In this document: one piece after another, positions 37,317 to 45,636 of the stretch
How the letters are laid out: each line of letters starts with the position of its first letter
Position numbering within the stretch: position 1 is the stretch's first letter
Origin: an uncultured bacterium
Lineage (GTDB): Bacteria; Zixibacteria; MSB-5A5; GN15; FEB-12
Assembly (NCBI GenBank): GCA_963821635.1
Contig: CAWGEP010000001.1
Location: 613,157 to 677,156, forward strand
DNA length: 64,000 bases
Reading direction: 5' to 3'
Position numbers and translations under genes: made by a program
Notes under the pieces: model-generated
Database searches by the model: none
Told to the model about the DNA's origin: nothing
Seen by the model: the letters and a program-made list of their open reading frames with translations, nothing else

Positions 37317-39346
37317 ATGTCCAGGGAACACGCGACTTCAAATGACAATTGTCAAAATGGTCAAACCCGTTCAATTATAGTCTACATTTTCTTACTTGTT
37401 GCCCTGTTTGGTACTTCCTTCTTGCCCACGCAGCGGATGTGGGGTCTGAGTGTTTGGGCGTACTTCCCATTGTGGGCAAGATTCCTGCTTCTGGCAGCGG
37501 GAGGCGCTGCATTACCGGCAGGCCTTTGGATTAGTCGACGAGTGGACTCCCGACCGCTACCGCTCAAACCTTGGGTTCACTATGCCACGCTTTGCTCAAT
37601 AGTTCTGATCGGTGCTGTCTCATTCTGGCTTCTTCGGAACACAACCCACTTTCTTGGTAATGGCTACAGTCACCTTGCAAATCTCTCTGGCGCCCACCCG
37701 ATTATAAAGTGGCATGAGCCCGGCGAGAGTCTATTGCATTTGTGGCTCGCTCAGGCCTTTGGTGAAAACAGCACGGCTCACGTCCTGCTCAGCTATCAGC
37801 TGTTCTCGGTGTTCGCTGGGATTTTATTCCTGACAATTGTCGTCTGGACTTCGATGCGCCTGTTTGACGACTTGCCGCGCCGGCTTCTATTTAGCCTGGG
37901 GCTTGCGACCTCAGGACACATGTTACTGTTCTTCGGCTATGTCGAAAACCGAAGTCTCTTCGTTCTGGGAGTGGGTGCATTCACGCTCGCGGGGATTCTA
38001 ATCGCGCAGAAGAAACTTCCGGTTTGGCTTGCTCCTGCCATACTTGGTCTGACCCTTTTCATGCACATATTCGGAGTTATTTTGATTCCTGCTACGATGT
38101 ATATGCTCATCTCCAGGACACGTCTCGGATCAATCCTGGAGGAGCTGTCACAAAAATTAAGGATCCTGTTGGGGCTTGGCTTGGCTTTGGCGCTGCTGTC
38201 TGCTCTTGCAATAGGGTTTCAGAAGAGTCTGTTTTTCCGCATCGCACTACTCACTATTACGGAGTCGCGCTTTACTATCGAAGGTTACACATTGTTCTCC
38301 GCAGCGCACCTGGCGGATTACGCGAACCTGCTATTCATTCTAGTCCTGGCATTCCATTGTTGGCGGCTGTTATTCCTGCCTCCAGCTTAAGAGAACGATT
38401 CGCGCGATCGGAATACCGCTTCCTCGGCATTCTCATCTTGTCCGCACTGTCGCTTGCGTTTATTTTGATACCGAAACTCGGAATGCCGCGCGATTGGGAC
38501 CTGTTGACTTTCCATCCACACCGCTTAGCGCCGCGTTCTACTTACGGTTCAGACCATGCGCGCCTACCCCGGAAGGCGATTTCCGCGGCGATATTCGGAG
38601 TATGCCTGAGTGGCCTGATCTTGAGCGCGCGAGTCGTAACGCTGTTCTATCCTGAGGCGGCGACTGCGCAAATTGAGAACTACTTGAATCTCGACATCTG
38701 AAGGCTCGAAACGCCACGTCTATTTGAAATCTATTACGATCAAATTGGCGACTCCGCCAATTCGCCAAGGCCGGGCAACTCTACGCATCCTACCCGGATG
38801 ACTCCTTCTTCCAAGCGACTCAATCCGACATTGCAAATCAGAGATATTATGACGTTATCGTAAGAGCAGAGACTTGGGCTCGGCGCAATCCGATGTCGTC
38901 AGATGCCTACTCGGCTTTGGGTTTCGCCTATCTCCGTCTGGGACAGCCGGATTCAGCGGTCAATGAGCTATCCATTGCATGGGTTTAAACCCGCATAATT
39001 CCGGTGCCGCCACTGGGCTAGGCATTGCCTACATTACCAGGGCAAATTCGATCGTGCGTTGAACAGTCTGCGTGACGCCGCTGAATTAGGGCCCGACAAA
39101 GCAGGGGCATTTTATTACCTGTCGAAGATATACGGGAAGAAGAATCAAGTCGACCAGCAATTGGAGACCCTCCGGGCCGCTATTTCAAAAAGTGACGCAA
39201 CACCGGAGATGTTCACCGAATCAGTGAATCTCCTAATCCGCCTGGGGCGTTACGCGGAGGCCCGTGAGGCGCTCAGAATTGGAGCTCAACATGGGCTCGA
39301 CTCGGGTCAATTAATGAACCGGATTCCACGCGGTGATGATAGATAG
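37317..39346 (+). pseudogene. Polytopic membrane protein with C-terminal TPR repeats, fragmented by at least three frameshifts
   Basis: ORF 37317..38390 encodes multiple transmembrane segments. The sequence continues in ORF 38024..38701 from about 38345 (..IPLLAAVIPASSLRERFARSEYRFLGILILSAL..RDWDL). TPR-like sequence follows in shifting frames across 38760-39060 (SDAYSALGFAYLRLGQPDSAVNELS / AATGLGIAYI). It ends with ORF 39059..39346 (AGAFYYLSKIYGKKNQVDQQLETLRAAI). Confidence 0.65.
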
Positions 39347-39384
39347 TAAGCCACCTTAGTCCTAATCGTCTCCGCCCCAAAGGG

Positions 39385-39795
39385 TCACCCCAAAAACTTC
39401 CTTCGGTCTCTCTCCTCCGGCATCGGGCACGACTCTAACCTTCCGAACCAGCGATACCTGTTCCGGGCTATCAGATTATAGCATGGATTTAGAAACGACG
39501 CGGGGAGTATCCAACAAAGACCGGCCAGCCGCCAGAGTCCCGAGCTATTCCGCGCAATGAACAGGGTTGCCTCCCCACGCTCCAGGAGTCGCTCGGTCGG
39601 AAGCAGATAATCCGCGATCACGATGACCGTCACCAGGTCAACATTCTTCCGCCCATATTTCGCCAGGATCTCGGATGCTTTTTCACTCTGAAGTGAGAGA
39701 AACCGGAAGACGTCTTTCTTATCGCGTTTTAAAAGCAACCGGTTCATCCGATTGCAGTAACCGCAGACGCCATCGTAGAAAATCAGATGAGGCAT
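39385..39795 (-). CDS. Thiol-disulfide oxidoreductase DCC family protein (DUF393)
   Basis: The sequence contains FYDGVCGYCN, which is the DxxCxxC family signature. Confidence 0.85.
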   Translation of the reverse strand: MPHLIFYDGVCGYCNRMNRLLLKRDKKDVFRFLSLQSEKASEILAKYGRKNVDLVTVIVIADYLLPTERLLERGEATLFIARNSSGLWRLAGLCWILPASFLNPCYNLIARNRYRWFGRLESCPMPEERDRRKFLG

Positions 39796-39821
39796 GAACT
39801 CGAGTAGATTCTATCGGTCGA

Positions 39822-40763
39822 TCACCGATCTGCTTTCCATCGCGCCGCCAGGTCCCTGACCGCCTTATCATACCGGATATAAACCTGAATCCGCTTCCAG
39901 CAGCCGCCCGGGATAGACTCTCCGGCTCTTCAACAACAATTCGCTTTCAGTCCGCATGAAGAATGTCCCGATCTCAAGCATGAGCGGGTAGCCGGCAAGC
40001 CGATTTTGACGCCAAGTGCTCTTCGAAGCGCCGCCATGAATTCTCGTTGCGGCAAAGGGGTCGGGGCTGCCAGGTTCACCGGCCCGGACAATTCTTGGTG
40101 TTCGATCAGAAAATCTACCGCCCGGACAAAATCCGTTTCGTGAATCAGGACATGTACTGTCTTCCCCCGCCGTCCGGCCCGCCGAGCCCAATTTTAGTCA
40201 GACCAGATAGCAGGTCGAATGTCCCGCCCTTCTGGGGGCTCATCAACATGGCGGTCCGCATTGCTACTTTGCGGGTGCGCGGTGTAACCGCTTTCTCCAA
40301 TTCCGCTTCCCAAGCCGTGGCGATCTTGATACTGTGTCTCCAATTCGATGGTGCGTCCAGTTCATTCCCGCCAATAATGCCGCTCACTTCGTCATTGGTC
40401 GCATCGAAACGGTGCGCATAAATCGTTGCCGTGCTCATCTGGAGCCAAACTTTCGGCGGATTCTTGGCTTGGGCAATGGCTTGACCGATTACCCGGGTGG
40501 AATCGATTCGCGAATTCATCATGTCGGCAAGGTTTTGCGCTGAGTATCGGCAATTGACACTCCGCCCCGCCAAATTGATCACGACATCCGACCGGTCGAT
40601 CTCCCCCGCCCAGTCATCGAGATTCTTCCCGTCCCACAGACGGTCATTTGGCCCACTGACCCCGCGACGGACCAGCGAGACTACCTGATATCCCCTGTTT
40701 GTGTATGCTGAGACCAGGATTCCGGCCGATTTGGCCGGTCGCTCCGGTAATGACAATCTTCAT
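39822..40763 (-). pseudogene. TIGR01777/YfcH-like NAD-dependent epimerase (SDR with DUF1731), at least four frameshifts
   Basis: - ATG at 40763 gives MKIVITGATGQIGR, then the frame is lost.
- ORF 40145..40756 carries the core.
- After ..GGRQYMS the protein continues in another frame as WIHETDFVRAVDFLIEHQELSGPVNLAAPTPLPQREFMAALRRALGV.
- It then changes frame again to LMLEIGTFFMRTESELLLKSRRVYPGRLLEA.
- Finally it reads YIRYDKAVRDLAARWKADR* with the stop at 39822-39824. Confidence 0.75.
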
Positions 40764-40920
40764 CGAATGCCGCCTGTGGCAATACTGATACGCTTTGCCA
40801 TGAGAACTGCCTGCACTTGAATTTGTTCCTTAGAATTCAGATTCATCCCATAAAAAAGCCGCCGACCAATAGGTCAGCGGCTTGCAATTGTGCCTCGAAA
40901 TAGCGAGCCTGAACTCCCGA

Positions 40921-41451
40921 TTACTTGGGAGCTCCTTTGGCCGATGCGGAACGCAGGTATTCAAGAACTTTGCGCGCCTGGTCCTGGTTGAGATCGAGCC
41001 CGGTCATGTAGGTCTGATATTGGGCCACCAGCTTCTTGACGATCGGGTCCTTCTTCTCCATCACGTCGGCGTTAAGAATCATATTCATGATAAATTCCGG
41101 CGCCTGCTGTTTGACGATATCGCGAAGCGGCGGCCCGACTTTCTTCGTGTCCAATTGATGGCAGACCGTGCACTTCTTGGTAAAGATCCGCTCGCCGTCT
41201 GCGGCCATGTCTTCGTCAATGGAATCCAACTTGACCTCAGTGATCGGTCCGATCCCCTTGTCCACTGTGCCGGCGGCCGGTTCCTTGGCCTTGGGTTTCT
41301 CTTTCGGCGTGGTCTTCGCCGAAGCCGTTGTGTCGGCAGCCGCTTTGGTGCTATCGGCCGCGGTCGCCGCGTTCACACTCGAGAAATTCCGTTCGGCGCC
41401 AAGCGCCAGGATAACCAGGCCCAGCAGAACCATCGGGATTAAATACTTCAT
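40921..41451 (-). CDS. Periplasmic monoheme c-type cytochrome (class I) with low-complexity linker
   Basis: ORF 40921..41574. I trimmed the start to the ATG at 41451, which follows GAGGAA. It has signal peptide MKYLIPMVLLGLVILALGA and a single CTVCH heme motif in the C-terminal globular part. Confidence 0.85.
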   Translation of the reverse strand: MKYLIPMVLLGLVILALGAERNFSSVNAATAADSTKAAADTTASAKTTPKEKPKAKEPAAGTVDKGIGPITEVKLDSIDEDMAADGERIFTKKCTVCHQLDTKKVGPPLRDIVKQQAPEFIMNMILNADVMEKKDPIVKKLVAQYQTYMTGLDLNQDQARKVLEYLRSASAKGAPK

Positions 41452-41470
41452 CGCTGTTTTCCTCACTAAT

Positions 41471-42823
41471 TTACATTGCCAACCAAAGGGAAATATAGAG
41501 TGTATTGTTATCAGATGCCTTTCGACCCGAGCCATCGTAGTTGTCCGAGGCCCCGTTGAACTTGTTATACGCAATGTACTGCGCTCCGATCTTGGTGTTC
41601 AGCCAGGGGAGATAATCAAGCTCCAGGATCAGGCCGGAACTGTTGGGACTTCCGGTCCGGGAACCGGTGACCGGGGCCGGAGCATAAATCAGCGTGTCGC
41701 GGTCGCCAGAAGATTGGAAATATCCGACCGCCGCCCCATAGCGTCTCCGGTAGTAGAAATTGGCGTCAATCTTGAATAGGTTCAGATTCTCCGAGGGGCG
41801 TTCCGAGCCTCCGGCGGCGAAAGTGGTATCCAAAGTTCTCTTCTCGCCAACCCAGTTTGCGTGCCCGGTCAAAGTTCCTTCCCCAAACTCGGACATGACC
41901 TGAAGATCAAAGCCGTAATCGGTATACTTGTCCTGTGGACCAGCGATGCCCATGGGATAAAAACCGGCATACATACCGTAGGTCCCCGCTTCGACATACA
42001 GGTTGGTCCACTGATGCTGAAGCGCCACACGCCAGTACGGAGCGACACTCTTCATGATATAGGTGGAATTCGTGTCAGGCGGGTGAGCTGTGCTGTTTAG
42101 CGTGGTGCGATAGACTGTGAATTCCGTGTAGAGAAGATTATTGTAGAGCGCATACCCGCCCAGCCCGGCGACTGAAGAACCGAGTGAACCCAAACCGCCG
42201 GCAATCAGCGGAGTTGCCGCCGGGGTCGGTGCCACATTGGAACTGATATACGGAAATCCCCAGGCGGTCGTGCTGTTCCAGACATCCTGCACCGTGGGGG
42301 TGTTATTTAAAGTCAGGCCAAGGATCAGGGCGCGGTCGGCTAGGGTAGTATGATGGGAATACCGAAAATCCATGAAATCCATGTCAAAGGCAGATGACTG
42401 GTCGTCGAAAGTCACTTGAACGAATCCGCCCACTTCGTTGGAAATCTCCCCGGCAAAGAAAAAGCTGAACTGCTGTGGAAACGACACATTGCTGTTTTGG
42501 GTGCCGGGTTGCGTCTTCCCTAGCTGAGTGTAGGATGTCTGCGCCATGGCGGAGAAGGGCGGGATTTTGGGCAGGCGGAGACTCACGTTTTCGGATGAGT
42601 CCTTGACTTCGATCGCCTCTTCACTGCTCAAGGTATACCCTTGCAGCTTAAACAAGCGCCCAAACGGAGTCAGTTCGGGAAACACCGTGTGGCAATTGGA
42701 ACAGGCGAGCTCGGTCTGGCGGGCAAAGCTCGGGACAGAACGAGTAACCTCCGGGGTGAGCAACATGACCGCGAGGAGCAAGCCCAACACCACGGCCGTG
42801 CAAGCGTAACGTGCCGGCATCAT
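41471..42823 (-). CDS. Fused monoheme cytochrome c / outer-membrane beta-barrel protein (Cyc2-like architecture)
   Basis: 450 aa with AGGAGG RBS and a signal peptide. A single CSNCH motif lies about 15 residues after the predicted cleavage site (SFARQTELACSNCHTVFPELTPFGRLFKLQGY). About 400 aa of alternating, aromatic- and Gly-rich beta-strand-like sequence follow. The soluble cytochrome c gene starts 19 nt downstream. Confidence 0.7.
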   Translation of the reverse strand: MMPARYACTAVVLGLLLAVMLLTPEVTRSVPSFARQTELACSNCHTVFPELTPFGRLFKLQGYTLSSEEAIEVKDSSENVSLRLPKIPPFSAMAQTSYTQLGKTQPGTQNSNVSFPQQFSFFFAGEISNEVGGFVQVTFDDQSSAFDMDFMDFRYSHHTTLADRALILGLTLNNTPTVQDVWNSTTAWGFPYISSNVAPTPAATPLIAGGLGSLGSSVAGLGGYALYNNLLYTEFTVYRTTLNSTAHPPDTNSTYIMKSVAPYWRVALQHQWTNLYVEAGTYGMYAGFYPMGIAGPQDKYTDYGFDLQVMSEFGEGTLTGHANWVGEKRTLDTTFAAGGSERPSENLNLFKIDANFYYRRRYGAAVGYFQSSGDRDTLIYAPAPVTGSRTGSPNSSGLILELDYLPWLNTKIGAQYIAYNKFNGASDNYDGSGRKASDNNTLYISLWLAM

Positions 42824-43286
42824 AAACCTCCTGAGTTAGTATCTTGACTCGTGAAATTGGCGAACTGAGATCGTGAACCTGACTTTCCGAGAGGAGCGAT
42901 CGACGGAGCCCAGATTTCGGCTTCCACCTTCAACTCTCTGCAATGATTTCCAAAATTCGTAACCAATCTGCCTCGGCGCAAGCCTTTCACGTCGGCTTTT
43001 TGCATTTAGCGCTGTTCTCGCCGGCCGCGCTAGTCGACCTGGCCGGAAAAGTTGACTGACAGGATAGGAATTCTCTTGATGGGCGTCAATCGAAAAGTAT
43101 ACAAAACAGACCGCGATGGTCCGCTTATCGGACGGAAGTTCGGTCATGGGACCGTCACGCGACTGTCGCTTTATATTTTACCTGATAGTAGGTGTTTGGC
43201 CGATACACCACACCATCTCTCCGTAATCGGAGGCGACGGCGTCAACTGGGTAGAAACGGTTCTCCTTGAATCGAACATTGTGAGGC

Positions 43287-43318
43287 AAAAAAAACCGCCC
43301 CGGTTTAGGCCGGGGCGG
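43287..43318 (-). terminator. Rho-independent terminator after the response-regulator gene
   Basis: On the minus strand: CCGCCCCGG, loop cctaaa, CCGGGGCGG, then TTTTTTTT. Confidence 0.9.
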
Positions 43319-43342
43319 CACAGTTTTCGAATTTCAATTTCT

Positions 43343-43699
43343 TTACAGCAGCGTGTTTAACAGCCGCTCGATATCCGACATCATGAGCGGCTTCCCCAAA
43401 AATCCATCCGCCTTCAAATTTTCCGTCGCATGCTCCATCTCGCTAACAGAGTAGCCGGAGATCAGGACGAAGGGAAGTTTCGGGTGTCTGGTCTTGACTT
43501 CTTTGAGCAGTTCCAGCCCGGTCATGTTCGGCATCCGCATGTCGGAGATGACCATGGAGAATTCCCCTTTGGCCAGTTCCTCGAGCGCTTCGTTGCCGTC
43601 GTTCGCCCGGACCGATTCATAATCGAACACCTCCAACATCTCGCAGAGGAGCGAGGACATGTTCGGGTTGTCATCCACGATGAGTATTTTCTTTGCCAT
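43343..43699 (-). CDS. Single-domain response regulator (CheY-like receiver)
   Basis: 118 aa. ILIVDDNP...SDMRMPNMTGLELL...PFVLISG is the receiver signature. Confidence 0.9.
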   Translation of the reverse strand: MAKKILIVDDNPNMSSLLCEMLEVFDYESVRANDGNEALEELAKGEFSMVISDMRMPNMTGLELLKEVKTRHPKLPFVLISGYSVSEMEHATENLKADGFLGKPLMMSDIERLLNTLL

Positions 43700-43728
43700 A
43701 GTCCTTGATGACTATTATCGGCAAAGAG

Positions 43729-44850
43729 TTAGCCGAATTTAGGATAATCCCGGCCTTTCACAAATTGGTCCGAACGGGCAATGATTTCTGCCTGTAACTC
43801 GATGATACCAAGCTTCTTCTCGGCGGAAATCAAAAACGGCAGGGCATCGTCGGGCGGGGGGACAAAATCGGGACTATTATCTATCTTATTGTAGACCAGC
43901 ACATATGGAATCGGCTCTGCCCCAATCTCCGTAAGCACTGTCCGGGTCTGCGCTATCCGCTCTTCCAGCTGCAATTCGTGGCAATCTACTACATGCAACA
44001 GCAAGTCCGCCTGGGCTACTTCCTCTAACGTCGACTTGAACGATTCCACCAGCTGGTGCGGCAGTTTCTTGATAAACCCGACCGTGTCCGAAAAAATCAC
44101 GCGGCACGGATACCCGGACGACATCACCCGCGTGGTCGAGTCAAGAGTCGTGAACAGCATGTTGGCGGTCGGCACATCTGACTTGGTCAGCAGATTGAAC
44201 AGGGTCGATTTCCCGGCATTGGTATAGCCGACCAGCGCCACTTTGAATAAATCCCGTCTCCCCTTCCGCTGCGTCTCACGCTGAGTGCCGAGTTTCTTCA
44301 GTTTTTCCTTCAGAGTCGCGATCCGTTCCCGTACCTGCCGGCGGTCCGTTTCAAGCTGCGTTTCTCCCGGCCCTTTTGAGCCGATTTGCCCGTACTGCCG
44401 TGAGAAATGCACCCAGGCCCCGGTTAGCCGAGGCAAGGTGTATTCAAGTTGCGCCAGCTCTACTTGCAAGCGCGCCGCCGCCGTGCGCGCTCTCGTGGCG
44501 AAAATGTCCAGAATCAGAATTGATCGGTCGATTACTTTGGTATCGAGCGCTTCCTCGAGATTCCGCTGCTGCGCCGGGTTCAAGGGATCATCGAATATGA
44601 CGCAGTTTCCGTTTTGTTCCTCAAGCAGAGCCTTGATTTCATCCACCAGCCCCCGGCCGATATAGAACGCCGGATCCGGATGCGGCTTAACCTGAATTCG
44701 CTTGCCGACCACTGCCGCCCCGGCGGACAACGTCAGCGAGTGGAGCTCGTCAAGTGAAGACGCTATTTCCCCCCGTTTGCGCGAGTCCCGCGCCAGCCCG
44801 ATGAGGATGGCCCGCTCGGAGTCCTTCTGTCTGTGGTCTATTAGCTTCAC
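43729..44850 (-). CDS. hflX: GTPase HflX
   Basis: It has the HflX N-terminal domain and a G domain (VALVGYTNAGKSTLFN, DTVGF, NKID). The start codon is GTG. Confidence 0.9.
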   Translation of the reverse strand: MKLIDHRQKDSERAILIGLARDSRKRGEIASSLDELHSLTLSAGAAVVGKRIQVKPHPDPAFYIGRGLVDEIKALLEEQNGNCVIFDDPLNPAQQRNLEEALDTKVIDRSILILDIFATRARTAAARLQVELAQLEYTLPRLTGAWVHFSRQYGQIGSKGPGETQLETDRRQVRERIATLKEKLKKLGTQRETQRKGRRDLFKVALVGYTNAGKSTLFNLLTKSDVPTANMLFTTLDSTTRVMSSGYPCRVIFSDTVGFIKKLPHQLVESFKSTLEEVAQADLLLHVVDCHELQLEERIAQTRTVLTEIGAEPIPYVLVYNKIDNSPDFVPPPDDALPFLISAEKKLGIIELQAEIIARSDQFVKGRDYPKFG

Positions 44851-45049
44851 AGTTTTCGATCACCTGTGGTAAATGTAAGGAAGTGGCCCAACTCCGCCGG
44901 CGTGAGGATGACCCGTCCGGGAATTTATTTGGAAATAGCACGTCCCCATTCTTCCATCGCACGGGCTGGGCAAGCTGGTGTAAATGCCGCCTTCGGCCCA
45001 GATTGACCATATTGACCAAGAGCGCTGACTATTTAATCTCACACGCGGG

Positions 45050-45595
45050 TCAGTTTGGCATATCGCAAAAATCTGATGACTTTCCTTCAGTTGTAGTCCA
45101 ATTGTATGTTTCAGAGCCTCGGAAAAAGTGAGTGGCTGGGGTGGCGGTGGCAGAAAGCTTGAAATATCGACCACGAAATTTCTCGTCTGCGAACGGTGCG
45201 ACACAGGATCCAGGCGGCTTGTCCCCGATTGGCGTGCTGTATAGTTCAACGAGGAAACCACCCACCGGATCGATGAACACGTTGAAGTCGCGCAACACCC
45301 CCGGAGCCAGGATATTAACGTCACAGAAAGTGACAACCCAAAGATTTGATTCCTTTGTAATTGTGTGCCCCAGCGAGTCTTTGCTGGGCTCGACCGCCAG
45401 TCGAAATTTCTTCAGTCTGATCTCGCTTAGTGTTGTAGAGTCAAACCCGGTATATGCTAGAGCTAGGTGAAAAGCATCCTGAGGCGAAGACACTTTCATC
45501 GAGCTGTCGCTCACCGAAGTCGTATCCGCGAACACCGGCCCGGCGGCGCATTCCATGATTGAAGCCGCTACAACTATTGCAACGAATCTCCTCAA
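45050..45595 (-). CDS. Secreted hypothetical protein; possibly continues to 44860 after a frameshift at a T5 run
   Basis: The signal peptide is MRRFVAIVVAASIMECAAGPVFA. ORF 44860..45336 stays open in the adjacent frame and ends 9 nt before hflX. The junction would be near 45123-45130. Confidence 0.55.
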   Translation of the reverse strand: MRRFVAIVVAASIMECAAGPVFADTTSVSDSSMKVSSPQDAFHLALAYTGFDSTTLSEIRLKKFRLAVEPSKDSLGHTITKESNLWVVTFCDVNILAPGVLRDFNVFIDPVGGFLVELYSTPIGDKPPGSCVAPFADEKFRGRYFKLSATATPATHFFRGSETYNWTTTEGKSSDFCDMPN

Positions 45596-45636
45596 CTTTA
45601 CCCTTCGGTCATGCCGGAAGCCGCGGCGCCGTCCGG

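Noticed and set aside
42824-43286. ORFs 42836..43147 (minus strand) and 43052..43360 (plus strand) between the response regulator and the cytochrome-porin gene
   Set aside because: They have no RBS, an Arg/Ser-rich composition, and they overlap each other. The region is more likely the promoter and leader of the cytochrome operon.
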